Below, in pieces: positions 44,721 through 58,029 of a stretch of 64,000 bases of DNA. Position 1 is the first letter of the stretch. Every line of letters starts with the position of its first letter. Origin of the DNA: Macrostomum hystrix (taxonomy: Eukaryota > Animalia > Platyhelminthes); NCBI GenBank assembly GCA_950097015.1, contig CATNEN010000033.1, positions 5,084,001-5,148,000 on the forward strand, read 5' to 3'. The notes beneath the pieces are model-generated. The model searched no databases. It was not told the origin of the DNA and saw only the letters and a program-made list of their open reading frames with translations. The position numbers were made by a program, and so were the translations under genes.

Positions 44721-46944
44721 TAACCCCCCAGCCAAGAACAATGGAGACCCACCCACAGGTCAAACCGGCGCCGGCCAAAACGAGTCTGAGCGGCACGCGG
44801 CCGAGGGCGAGGTACAAGAGGAAAACGTGCTGGAGAAGAGGGGAGAAGACAAAGAAGGCGCATGACAACCGAGCGTGGCGGTCAGACAGAAAAGAGACGA
44901 GAAGGGAGAGATTAATCAATATTAAAAGTGAATAGAAATACCACCATCCCAACGCGATCTAACGCAACCAATGTAATAACCAGACCCTACCTAAGAAAGG
45001 AGTTGTCTTGCATGGCAACCTACTAGATTAATAGAAAATATGTCAAATTCAGGGGCTGCGACCCAACATAACTCAAATCAAAGCAAGTGTACTGTAACTA
45101 ACCACAACATTACGCACCCCACCCTCCTGGTGAGAGGTGGGGATATTTTGTCAATAAATATGAAACGCGGAGCGCCGCAGGAGCGCAACCCGCCCGACGA
45201 TAGCTCATCAGTTTTAACGAATTATAAAAGTTATCTCAAAGATTAATTTGCTTTGATTACGACGCTATCAGAGTAGAAGAGATAGATTAAGTTAGGTAGA
45301 TACGTAAGAACTCTCTTTAGTGCGAGCCATTGGAGATCGAATCAGGTGTAGTAATCTTTATAGAAAGAATCCGTGAATTTAACCTGAATACCACTAGACC
45401 AAAATATAAGATCACGGAGGATAAAGATTACACCAATCAATAGTTCTTCTATCGGGTGCATCGTTTTTTGTTACGATAAGCACATTAATTCCAAACTTTT
45501 TTTTTCTCCAATTTTAATTTTAATTTCCGGAATGAACATTATGGCGCGTAATTGGCGGATATTATTTTTGATTATCGGAATTTCCATGAATGAAAGCAAT
45601 TGTATTGTATCAAGTCAATTCAATCATATTAATCCTACATCGATAAGACAGCTCATCGTATCAAAGGAATGGAGCTGAACAGCGTAACCTATTTACATGT
45701 AAGTGTAAGAACCTAAAATTGTATTTTTCCTAGCGTCTTCCCAAGAATCATGCATGCATGGTTGGCATGTGTTTTAATTGACAAGACCGCAATGTGTCGA
45801 AAGTTATTAGACGTTCAATTTGCAGCTGTTAATTATTATTATGCACCATTGCAAAGTCATCTTCTGAAATTAACATCTTCATATTTTTTGCTGCCTCAGA
45901 TGGTTTAAAAGGTTTATGTAGGCCTATACAATAATAGAGTATACATATACTGTGGGTTATCAATGCATTATGTGTAGGTTTAATTGAAAGTATAGTTTTG
46001 AAAACAACTGCTAGTTTACAAACTGAATAGAGCAACTGATATAAGGAAAGGCATCGTCTAAACAATTTGAGCTGGAGTCTGTCAGTAAATTAAGCTGTGG
46101 AACTATAATATAAGATAATATAGTAGTTTGACAAGCAAAGTAACATTTTTATTACTAATTAAGTTTCAATTCAGCAAGTACAACATTTTTCTATAATATG
46201 AACTGATGTAGGGACTTTAATGATGAGATTAAACTTGAAAAACATAGATAAGCATATGCAACATGGCATAAGTATATGACAGTATGAAGAATTTTAAACT
46301 GCATAGAAACAGTGTCATCCAAAACAATTGTATATTGAAATGGAAGAAAGAATGTAAGCATTTTGTTATGCAATTTGATGGGCACATACAACAAAAGTAC
46401 ACAGTAATTGAAAAAAGTGCAACTCTGCATATATAGTGTTTGGCAGAGAAATATATACTGAGTAGGACATATTCATGGATCCCAAAAGATATGAATAAAA
46501 CATGAGGAGAAAATTAGTTAAACCAATACTCAATGAATCATCAGTGTCAATTTATAGCACTCTCAAGTACACTGTAATTTTTTGTTTTTCTTTCTTGTTC
46601 CTTCAATCTAATGGCCCCAGAAATTCTGATTGTAGTCTGGTCAAAATCTGTGCTGCTGTAAAAGCCATTCTTTGCAGTACAATGCAATTAGAAGAAACTG
46701 GTATGGCTGCTGAACTGTTCAACCAACTGGACCATACAGAACATTCGAGTCTCGCCTCAGCCATGAAAATCCCACTCAAGGACACAACATTTTTTATTGC
46801 TTTCAACCACAATCCCTATAATCCTCAAAAACAATAGCACACTGAAAGTCATGCAGTGAAGCTGATAGACATTGAAGTTGAATTTCCTTCCTGGTGAAGA
46901 CTTGGGACATACCATTTTGTAAAAATTGGACGATTATTTAAAGT

Positions 46945-48345
46945 TTACTCTTCCCTGTAGTCAGAGCTACTGTGCGGCCCAGGAATTGATGCATCAATGC
47001 CTGAATCATCAGCACAACGCGTTGATGTGCCGTGAGATCTTCCAATGTACAGCAACTTGCCTGGTCGGGCGGAATAAACAGCTGACTTCTCTGCCGATAC
47101 TGATGTTATGATGGTGAAGCCACGTGCTGTGCTAGCAGGTGTTGTCGATGCATCTCGACTGGATGTTATGATGGTGAAGCCACGTGCTGTGCTAGCAAGT
47201 GTTGTCGATGCATCTCGACTGACAGTTGCTGAAGCTGCCGGTGATGGAGCAGTCGCGACATTTTTGGCACGCACTATGACTGCAGATGCTCCTGTTGGCA
47301 GTGAAGTTCCTTGACCTGCCACTGTCACTGTACGTATTATGGCTTCTGGCAATGCACATCGCACAGTGACAGCAGGTGCTGCAGTTCGCACAGTGGCTGC
47401 AGATGATGCAGTGCGCATGGTGGCTGCAGGCGTTGCTGTTGTTGCGGTCGCTGTGGCTGCAGATGATGCAGTGCGCATGGTGGCTGCAGGCGTTGCTGTT
47501 GTTGCGGTCGCTGTGGCTGCTGGCCTGGCACTGTCTGTGCCCGCATGTCTACTAGTACGTAGAACTTCAAGTGCCTCCGCATTATGGCACTGACATATAC
47601 GTACGTCCGCACGTGGGCAATCACATGCCAGTTCACGGTAGATAATGCCAAGCCTGCTGCTTACAACCTGGTGAACGCGACTGATTCCAGGAATCGGTCG
47701 GATTGGAACGGCATCGATGTGCAGTCTATGACGATCAATCTCGTTCGAAGACACCTGTAGTAAAATGAGCAGAAAGTATATAGCACTTTGAATTTTTATA
47801 CTAATGTACAGATTCTAATGACAAGCAATCTAGGGGTGCATCATCGATAGCACCTTACACCCACCCTGAACAGATGGGTTGCAATTTCCCTTTGGTTGTG
47901 CATGGCAGCAAAAAACATCGTCTACCGAAAGCACTCTAGAGCCAGCAGCAACTGCTTCGTCGCATCGCCGCTTGATAGCAGCTCCAACGCCATCTGCCGG
48001 ACCCTTTCCATGACCAGCTTCAGTGTAGAGCCATTGCCATTCTGTACACCCCATCCGCTGCATCAGGAGTTGGAACAAATGTACAAGGTACTTGTTCCTG
48101 TATTGACTGGATGGTGAGTCGGACACAATTGTTATTTTTCTAACGCGGCCAGCGACAAGCACACAGTGTTCAATGACAGGCTCCAGATGAGCACACACAG
48201 CATCTGCAGTTTTGCGTTTGTCCTCAGACAAAGATGCAAATGAAATTGGGTCCTGACCCTGAAATTGGAATGGTGAATTCAAAAGTAATATTGCACTACT
48301 GACTGCAACTGTAGCCATCAGATAGCTGTATATTGCATGTACAGT
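46945..48345 (-). pseudogene. DDE transposase C-terminal half, Sola-like (tentative), 5'-truncated and spliced
   Basis: ITIVSDSPSSQYRNK...WQWLYTEAGHGKGPADGVGAAIKR. A downstream exon after a CTACAG acceptor reads IPGISRVHQV...RELACDC. This SD..Q...HGK...DG.G pattern is typical of a eukaryotic DDE family, but the superfamily name is uncertain. Confidence 0.7.
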
Positions 48346-48607
48346 AGCTTACCCGGTGGGACATTACTATACGCCCCCTCTGTACGCCCCACCCTGCGCC
48401 TCCCGCCGGGCGCTGTGCGCCCGGGCGTATAGAATGTCCGCGCGCCCGCGACAGCGCCCCGCCCGGCGCCGGGCGCAGGGTAGGTGGAGGGGGGTGGGGG
48501 TGCAGTGTAAATAAAATTCGGCGCATATCCTCAAAGTCTACTGTTAGTAGGCTGTGCAGTATTTTTGAGCGCCGTAAAAAGCCTAGCTTTTTAAAAGGTC
48601 CGCTCCT

Positions 48608-48725
48608 ACCCAGCAGCTCCGCTACTGCCCCAGCAGCTCCGCTCCTGCCCCAGCAGCTCCGCTCCTGCCCCAGCAGCTCCGCTCCTGCCCCAGCAGCTCC
48701 GCTCCTGCCCCAGCAGCTCCGCTCG
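48608..48725. repeat. 21-bp minisatellite (CCCAGCAGCTCCGCTCCTGCC)
   Basis: About 5.5 tandem units. Confidence 0.9.
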
Positions 48726-48932
48726 CCACGCTGCCCCCTCCCTCCTGACCATGTACTTTTCATACGTATGTTTCATTTTTTTGTATGCATGCCGTATATA
48801 TAAAGCTTTACTTTGAATTTAAAGTCACTTTAAATAAATAAAATTGAACATGCTCATGTAATTTTTCTATTCGTCACCGCTATAAATGGTTTACGAATAT
48901 GTTCATTCTAGTCTCATTAAATACTTTTGACG

Positions 48933-49380
48933 CTGCTAAAGGTACAAATTTATTATCAAGTTCAAAGCGAATATGCAAGCCATGATTGAAAAGAAAAGTA
49001 AAGAATGTTTTACAGTATCATCAAGCAAAGACAGTACGGTATAAGTGATTCAAAGTACAAAAATTAGTCCACATTTTGTCCCTGCCATGCCAGCTCTGCC
49101 AATCCTCCCTGTCAAGCCCTGCACTGCGCGATTTTGTTAATCTTATAATTATAATGTTATAATTAAATTCTTACTGACACAGCTAAAGGTACAAATTTAT
49201 TATCAATTTCAAAGCGAATATGCAAGCCATGATTGAAAAGAAGAGTAAAGAATGTTTTACAGTATCATCAAGCGAAGACAGTACGGTTTAAGTAAATACA
49301 AAGCACGAAAATTAGTCCACATTTTGTCCCTGCCATGCCAGCTCAACCAATCCTCCCTGTCAAGCCCTGCACTGCGCGCC
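48933..49380. repeat. Direct duplication of about 200 bp
   Basis: GCTAAAGGTACAAATTTATTATCAA...CAAGCCCTGCACTGCGCG at about 48933-49132 and 49181-49378. Confidence 0.85.
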
Positions 49381-50300
49381 AGTCAGTCGTCCTCGTTGTG
49401 CCACCTCTGCGAGTCGTCCGTGCCACGCCACCTCCGCCAGTCGACCATGTCGTCCCGTAACCGGCTGACTGGTTTTCTGGAGAAATTGGAAAGTATCCAC
49501 GATTTATTTGTGTGTGCAAGGTTTACTGTAAAATTACTTGTTTACATACACTGTACAGCAATGCAGATAATAGAGATCCAGTGAGATAGAATCCAGATGT
49601 ATATGGAATGAGGTACACGACATTTGAGATTGTAAACGAGATGAAGCAAAGATTCTTAATAAGCGGAAATATTAGAATAAGATCAGACATGAGATTCAGA
49701 ATGAGATGAAGTACAAGATCGAGCATAAGATTAACCATAAAAAACTTAAATTTTAAAACGCTACTTATCTTTTATAGCAAGTCAACCAGGTCCCGCAACT
49801 GGTAGACGTCCGGCACCATGGTAGAACTGGAAAGAAATATTCATTATGTAATTCATGCAAAAAAACTAGTGCTTCTGTAAACTTAGTTCTAAATAAAAAA
49901 TTCACTGTGCTTTTTGTACTGCTAATAGTAGAATGTACAAATAATTTTTTGTGTGTTTGTTCAATTATTAGATACGATAAGCAATTGAGTTGCAGACTTG
50001 AGTAAGAGCTGCAGGCATGTAAATAGCGAATTTTAGTTTTTTTGATTACAGGATGCGATGAGCAAGAGTTGCAGGCACGAACAAGATGTCCGGGTATAAA
50101 GACGACGTGTAGGCATGTAGATAGTAATTTTTTGTGTTTTTCATCGACTATACGACGAGCAAGAGTTGCAGAAATAAGCAGTGCAAATTCCTAGTACTTG
50201 TACTCGTAGTAGGCAGTAAAGATATTTAAAAGCCACTTATCTTTCCTGTTCCGCCGGAAGCCTTGTCATATAGGAGCACTCGGTCGGATCTCTACCGAGT

Positions 50301-53300
50301 TTAATCCTCCTCAGTCATCTCGCTCATCAGGCCATCAGCGTCCTCATCGGAGCACTCCAGCAGCTCTGCTCGACTGTGATGCGGCTGCAAAGAATGCCTT
50401 TTTCGCGAGGCATGGCTGACCAGCTGCGAGCCAGGTCTCTTAGCGCCGGCTGGCGAAGGTGTGGCAGATGCTCCTGATGCACCAGAGGCTGACAGGCGTC
50501 GATGCGGTCTGCTCGTTTGACGGTCCTTGCCTCGATGGAGCATGTCGCATAATCGGCTACCGACGTACGTGGCGGTCAATTGTTGTTCGGTTGTCGTGCC
50601 GTAGATGCTGGTGGCGGCATCTAGATTAGAGGTAGAGTGAGAGGTAGGTAAATTGAGAAGTACAGGTAAAGTTTGTCGGATAGGAAATGTGAAAGTACCA
50701 ATCAGATTCCTGAACATTTCGTACCTTGGACGTGTCGCAATAAAACGGCCTTGAAGCCAAGGCATGCGTCGGAAAACTGCGTTTCGACACCGTCCTGGAT
50801 GCATTTCTTGGCGTAGGCCTGCACCGCTATAATTCACCTTCGTCTGCATCTCAGGTGTCAAGCAGGTGTCCAACCACACCCGGATGGTGGCTCCGACAGT
50901 CGCCATTTTTCTGTTGGGCAGGGCTTGTTTCAACTGGTACGTCCACTCTGCAGGCGTGTTCTCCGCGTAGTGGACATACCTCTGCCAGGAGTCGATGGGC
51001 CAGAATTGGAGCTGTTGCACTGGTTGCTGGTCCTTCGTTAATGACAGGCGCAGTTGCTGCACTTCCTCCTTAACAGAGGCCAGCTCGGTGGCTAGTTTCT
51101 GCTGTGTTGCTTCCATCTTCTTGAACAATCGGGTACTCTCGCGTACTGCGAACAGGGCGACGTAGAGAATGCCGCGATTGCTTTCTAATGGGAAATCCAC
51201 CCCCGACTGTATTTGCTGCTCCAGTCGTCCGATGGAGATGCCCTGGAAGCTTCGGAAACCTGCTGATGTCAGTCCGGTATCCTCTGCATCTGCCTCTGCT
51301 TCAGCTGCTGCCTCTGCTTCCGCTGCTGCCTCTGCTTCCGCTGCTGCCTCTGCTTCCGCTGCTGCCTCTGCTTCCGCTGCTGCCTCTGCTTCCGCTGCTG
51401 CCTCTGCTTCAGCTGCTGCCTCTGCTTCCGCTGCTGCTTCTGCTGCCGCTGCTGCCGCTGCTGCTTCCGCTGCTGCCTCTGCTTCCGCTGCTGCTTCTGC
51501 TGCCGCTGCTGCCGCTGCTGCTTCCGCTGCTGCCTCTGCTTCCGCTGCTGCCTCTGCTTCCGCTGCTGCCTCTGCTTCAGCTGCTGCCTCTGCTTCCGCT
51601 GCTGCTTCTGCTGCCGCTGCTGCCGCTGCTGCTTCCGCTGCTGCCGCTGCTGCCGCAGCTGCTGCTTTTGCAGCTGCCGCCTTAGCTGCCGCGGCTTTTG
51701 CAGCTTCTGTGGCCGCAGACTTCGGAATCGTTGATGGCAGTGGCACCAGTTTTGCTAAAGTCAGCGGCACGTCTACGCAGGGCAGCTTTAGTAGCTGCGC
51801 TTCGGATTCCGCTTGCTCCTCCGGACAGACGAAAAAATCGTCCGTGTCGGACGCAGAACCAGTCGAGATGTTCTGTTAGGTCGGATAAGTTAGGGGATAA
51901 GTAAGTGAGGAAAATGTTGGGGTTACTAGCATTGGATAACAGTGATTGATTATCGATTCGAATGATTGACATTGAATAACAGTGATTCATTATCGATTCG
52001 AATGATTGACATTGAATAACAGTGATTGATTATCGATTCGAATGATTGACATTGAATAACAGTGATTGATTATCGATTCGGATGATTGACATTGAATAAC
52101 AGATTGATTATCGATTCGGATGATTGACATTGGATAACAGTGATTGATTATCGATTCGGATGATTGACATTGAATAACAGTGATTGATTATCGATTCGAA
52201 TGATTGACATTGAATAACAGTGATTGATTATCGATTCGGATGATTGACATTGGATAACAGTGATTGATTATCGATTCGAATGATTGACATTGAATAACAG
52301 TGATTGATTATCGATTCGGATGATTGACATTGGATAACAGTGATTTATTATCGATTCGAATGATTGACATTGAATAACAGTGATTGATTATCGATTCGGA
52401 TGATTGACATTGAATAACAGTGATTGATTATCGATTCGGATGATTGACATTGAATAACAGATTGATTATCGATTCGGATGATTGACATTGGATAACAGTG
52501 ATTGATTATCGATTCGGATGATTGACATTGAATAACAGTGTTTGATTATCGATTCGGATGATTGACATTGAATAACAGTGATTGATTATCGATTCGGATG
52601 ATTGACATTGAATAACAGATTGATTATCGATTCGGATGATTGACATTGGATAACAGTGATTGATTATCGATTCGGATGATTGACATTGGATAACAGTGAT
52701 TGATTATCGATTCGGATGATTGACATTGGATAACAGTGATTGATTATCGATTCGAATGATTGTCATTGAATAACAGTGATTGATTATCGATTCGGATGAT
52801 TGACATTGAATAACAGTGATTGATTATCGATTCGGATGATTGACATTGGATAACAGTGATTGATTATCGATTCGGATGATTGACATTGAATAACAGTGAT
52901 TGATTATCGATTCGGATGATTGACATTGGATAACAGTGATTGATTATCGATTCGGATGATTGACATTGGATAACAGTGATTGATTATCGATTCGAATGAT
53001 TGACATTGAATAACAGTGATTGATTATCGATTCGGATGATTGACATTGAATAACAGTGATTGATTATCGATTCGGATGATTGACATTGGATAACAGTGAT
53101 TGATTATCGATTCGAATGATTGACATTGAATAACAGTGATTGATTATCGATTCGGATGATTGACATTGAATAACAGTGATTGATTATCGATTCGGATGAT
53201 TGACATTGGATAACAGTGATTGATTATCGATTCGAATGATTGACATTGAATAACAGTGATTGATTATCGATTCGGATGATTGACATTGAATAACAGTGAT

Positions 53301-54137
53301 TGATTATCGATTCGGATGATTGACATTGGATAACAGTAATTGATTATCGAAAATGTTGATAAACATTCGATAATATATTTTTGATGGACAATCGTTGTTA
53401 GTGATTGATAATTGATGATGTTGACTGATAATTTACTGAGGTGATTAATTGTACTGAGATATCTAAATGTGTGTGCGTGAGAGAGAGAGATATAGAGTGG
53501 ACAGACAAACAGATTGTAACTTACACCACACTGAAACTTGCGTCGCGCCTGCCGCATATCTTCAGCGCAGAGAACCCTCGGTTTCAATTGCCGAATTATA
53601 TCGACAATTGACCGTCTTTTTTTCGATCATGTTGCGGACGAAGCGTAGGCTGGGCGGCTCCAGAGAGTCATCCAGGTATACCTAAATTGGTCATTTTTAG
53701 AAAAGATCTTGTAGAGAAAGAATTGAACCAAATTGTCAGACAAACTGACTTAACTGACAGACATTTTTCTCACTCCACCTCACTCCACCTCTCACTCCAC
53801 CTCACTCCACCTCTCACTCCACCTCGCACTACCTCTCACTCCACGTCTCACTACCTTTCACTCCACCTCTCACTCTGCCATACACTCCACCTGTCACTGA
53901 CATATATATGCGGCATATATCGTAAAAAAAGCAAAAATGTGCATTAGATCTCACCTGGAGGACTTCAGCTGCGTAGACTCTGCCTGCATATTTGGCCGTG
54001 CAGCGCCACCTCTCTTCACTGTCCTTTAACAGTGACAATTCAGAAACTGTCCGATTTTTTAACTCACATTCACCTACATCACTCTCATTAGCTTCAATAA
54101 CCTGCCTGTCGGCTTCAAATACGACTAAAAACTTCAT
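50301..54137 (-). CDS. Three-exon accessory gene of the CACTA-like element (AEAAA repeat and a DUF4806/BEN-like C-terminal domain)
   Basis: Exons 54137-53955, 53681-53525 (one extra base in an A7 run) and 51872-50301, with GTGAGA/TTTAG and GTAAGT/AACAG sites in phase 0. The C-terminal WPIDSW...IRVWLDTCLTPEMQTKVNYSG resembles DUF4806-type domains. Confidence 0.6.
51930..53350. repeat. 40-bp satellite (GATTGATTATCGATTCGGATGATTGACATTGAATAACAGT) inside intron 2
   Basis: About 35 near-identical tandem units. Confidence 0.97.
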
Positions 54138-54530
54138 GTCTGCAGAATATTTGAGAATTGAGATTTGAGAAAATTTGAGAACGACAGGAGGTTAGGGGAG
54201 CGAAGATAAGCTAAAGCTTTACTTATATGTCAGATCAAACTGCACGGCCTAGACAGTGGGAAGGCTCGTCGCGCGCTCATTGGTTAGTTATGAAAAATCC
54301 TGTAAATCCACTATCCGCTAGCTACCGATTGTGCCATTGGTGCCGACTATGGAGAGTGGAGTCAGTTTGTTTTTGGAGGATCTTTGTAGTGTAGCTATTG
54401 AAAGTGCGTTGCAAGACTAAGAGCACGACTAAAACTATGACTAAGAGTTGACAAATATTACACTATTACATACTTTTACTATTACATATTAATTACTACA
54501 GACGTACAGACAGTAGTAAACATTTACAGC

Positions 54531-56455
54531 ATGTCCTCTGCGTCTAGGAATATTAGGAGACTGACAAACAAGAGTTTGTTGGCCATGTTCAGAGAAGAAG
54601 CTGAGGGGCCCAGAAGTGTCCAGGTTGGAGGGCAGTCGGCAAGTCAAGGCGATGTGGAAAATGGAGACGGAAGAAGATTTTAGTAGGGTAGAATTCGACG
54701 AGTTTGAGCAGGAAACTCAAAGCGATGACGACATGGACAGCGAAGAGGATGAAGACAATCGGCCCTTGGAGGTAAGGCTACAGGCACTCCTTGTTTTGTT
54801 CTTTTCTACATACAACATTCCCCGTGACGCCATGGCTTTCCTACTTGCGGGTTTACGCGACATTGGTTTGCCTGTCACAAAATCTTACAAAACATTTGAA
54901 CGCCTGGCCAGAGAAAACTGTCCTACTGGTGACTTGGTGGCCATGGGAGACGGGCACTTTCGTTATATTTCTATTCTGGAGAATCTGCAGCAACTACTTT
55001 CGAAGAATTTGTTGACACTGCGACCAGAAAATTTGCTGCATGAAGGTTCAACCAAGTGTTACAAGTTCGACGCATTTCTAAACAGTGACGGACTTCCCCT
55101 CTATCGATCCAGTACGATTAGTCTATGGCCACTCCTAATGAAAATTAAATCCGCATTCGCTAAGCCTTTTCCAGTGGCTGTTTGGGCCGGCACTGGAAAG
55201 CCACCAGTACAGGAGTACCTGCAACAGTTTTGCCAAGAGGCAAAAAACTTTCTGTCTGGTCCAGTCAAAATCAGTGAGAAAATCAGCATCATGTTCTCCA
55301 CTATTTATTTTGTCTGCGACACCCCTGCCCGCAGTTTTTTAATGTGCACTCTGGGTCACACAAGCTACTTAGGATGCAGTTACTGTCGAGCTGTGGGCTT
55401 GCGTGCTGAAGGCAGAGTATCATTTTCCGTAACTGCTGGCCAGAATAGATGTGGGGAAGCGTACCGATCCCTAGTAGAGAACAACCAGAAAAAAGACGCC
55501 ACAGGAGCGGTCATCAAGTCACCACTGTTGGACCTGCCCAACATTGACTTCGTCAACAGTTTTCCTCTGGATTTTCAACATGCCGTTTGTCTGGGAGCAG
55601 TAAGGAAGTTAATGCACTTGTATTTTTGGAGAAGGAGGCTGCCGCTTTAGTCGCAGGAATATGAAGTCTTTGTCTGACATCATTGCCGGTATTGCCAGCT
55701 GGACTCCGTCTAATTTCCAGAGAAGACCTCGCCGCATAGATAAGTGTCTTAACCATTTTAAGGCGACAGAATTCAGACAAATTATTCTTTACATGGGACC
55801 AATAATTTTTAAGGGATATGTTAAGGAACAGTTTTACAAAAATTTTCTCCTACTGCACTTCGCCGTATACTGCTATTCCACGGAAAGGTATGCTAATCTA
55901 TGGGATTCAGCGAAAAGCTGCATCGAGGTATTCGTCGAACAGATGTCAAAGATATTTGGCCAAAAATCAATTAGCTACAACATTCATGCACTTCTTCACC
56001 TCGACCAGTTTGTTAGAAGGCTAGGTAACTTAAATAATTTTAGTACATTTCCATTCGAAAGCTATCTGGGAGCAATCAAGAGAAGGGTCAAAGTCACCAG
56101 GCATGTCGCCGCTCATTCAGTATGTCAAGTACTACAAGTACGAAATATGTACCTCAGCCAGCCAGCAGAAACAACTATAGAATTCAGCACGAAGAAGGGT
56201 GACAATTGCTGCTTCGTTGGGACGACATGCATTCATATTGATGAAGTTAAACCGGACGGCATGGTAAGTGGCAGAGTGCTCCAGGAATTCGACAATGTCT
56301 ACAACTATCCTTACGACTCTCTGGCACTTGGGATTGGAGTTTACCGCCTAACATCCGAAATCGCAACTGGCCGCCCAGGGCAAAAATGTTGGCTGCTTCC
56401 GAAAGCTCTTAGTAGACCGGCCCAAAATGACGACTTTTTTACGTCATTCCGCTAA
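54531..56455 (+). mobile_element. CACTA/EnSpm-like (Tnp2 family) transposase, with frameshifts
   Basis: NSDGLPLYRSSTISLWP, CDTPARSFL..GH.SY.GC..C, FPLDFQHAVCLG, FKATEFRQIILY and SYNIHALLHL...FPFESYLG. A 1-nt frameshift in the T run at 55623-55627 splits ORFs 54616 and 55661. TIRs were not located. Confidence 0.85.
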
Positions 56456-56908
56456 CGGGACAGGAAAGCTAGCCTTGTTTATCCCCTTCTACGAGTGCCA
56501 CATGTTCATAAATTTTCTTATCTACTCTACACAACTCTAAACTTGGATTTGGGTTTAGCAAACAGGAAACTTTGCAAATTGTTCAGGACAGGTTTGCGCC
56601 CTTATCGACGTGAGGAGAGATACGGAGCAAATAGTGTGGGAACTTGAGCCCTAGGCAGAATCCACCCACCTATGTTGACAAAACGGCCGCCGATTTTCTG
56701 CTTCCCAAATTCGCTTGCAACTCAGACGAGCCGACCAGGGACCACAACAGACGGAGATAAGCTGAAGGGCGTTTGGTCTGGCGTGCAATAAGAAATAGGT
56801 TACTTTGTTTACCCTTGACTTTGACTTGACTTGCCTCTGGGGTGGGGCAAGGTAGCAACTTAAAATCCACTATTCTATGGAAATTCGAAGCAGATAAGAC
56901 AAGTGTCC

Positions 56909-56978
56909 CCTGACTAGCTGAGTTGGCAAATAACAGTTACAGGCCTGTAACTGTTATTTGCCAACTCAACTAGTCAGG
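56909..56978. other. 70-bp palindrome with 1 mismatch and no loop
   Basis: CCTGACTAGCTGAGTTGGCAAATAACAGTTACAGG|CCTGTAACTGTTATTTGCCAACTCAACTAGTCAGG. Confidence 0.95.
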
Positions 56979-58029
56979 ATTTTTGCTATTTGTTACAGAC
57001 ATACATGTTACTGGACATAAAAAAATTATCCCGTTCACAGAACTGGGTGTATGTATACTCCATTTCTTTTGGCACCATCGCATCTTAAAATTGTACAAAA
57101 AGCACAAAAAAATTACAAATCGTTTGTCTTGGCTAAGCTGTATATATGAGACATACAATTTATCCTGTTCATACAATTGTGTCATGATAAACTCCCGCAT
57201 CATTACATCTGAAAAATAGACAGAAAAAACAATAAATTACTTTCCACATGCCCGCACACCTAGCACCTAGCACCGTAGCAAGTACCTGCACTGTTCTTTT
57301 CGACATTCTTTTTAAACCAATATTTTACATGCGATAGTGGCTTCGACTTGGTTCTTCAGCAGCAAGCATAATTAAATAAACAAGTGATATCACTTGGCCA
57401 TAATAAGCAAAGGAAATTATAAAAAACTAGTCTCGGGTAATCAACACCACTTCATAATTCCGAAATGTTCTCAAGAGCATAGGCTATATGCTTGCTGCTG
57501 CGGCAGGGAAGGGCCTCTTTCTCGGTTAACAAAAGACGCTGACGATCAAACCAAGAAAGGAAGCTGACTACTATTTAATTCCCTAAATTGCAGTCATGCC
57601 TCCGAGCCACGACGAGAAGGAATTGAAAAAAGTCTGGAAGCTATCAATGTCAAAAGGCCTAGCTTCCGAAAAAAGTACATTTTTAAACGAAAAACAAGTT
57701 ATTGTCAATATTTTTTAAATATAAAATATAATTTATGATTGAGCTGCTTGATGAGTTTTGTTTTTATACAAACATTTAAAAACACTTGGGAAAATCTAGG
57801 CTAGAATCTATTACATTCATTGTCAGCGCAGGTGGAGTGAGAGGTGGAGTGGGAGAAAGAGTGAGAGGAAGAGTGAAAGGTAGAGTGAAAGTTAGAGGTA
57901 GGTAAGTATAAAATATTAGTTATAAGTGAGCTGCTTGATTAGTTTTGTTTTTAAATAAACATTTGAAAACACATTTGGGGGAATCTAGGTTGAAAACTTG
58001 AACATGACACTCGAAGTCCAGTACGCAGA

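Noticed and set aside
51169-51904. Plus-strand and alternative-frame ORFs (SASAAA, LLPLLP repeats)
   Set aside because: They are antisense or off-frame shadows of the AEAAA repeat in the minus-strand gene.
53762-57900. CACTCCACCT repeats at 53765-53890 and inverted-like copies at 57830-57895 as element ends
   Set aside because: This is low-complexity microsatellite similarity, and the first tract lies inside an intron.
48345-57990. CACTA terminal inverted repeats
   Set aside because: I searched by eye around 48345-50300 and 56455-57990 and found no convincing matched CAC/CCC-type TIR pair with a TSD.
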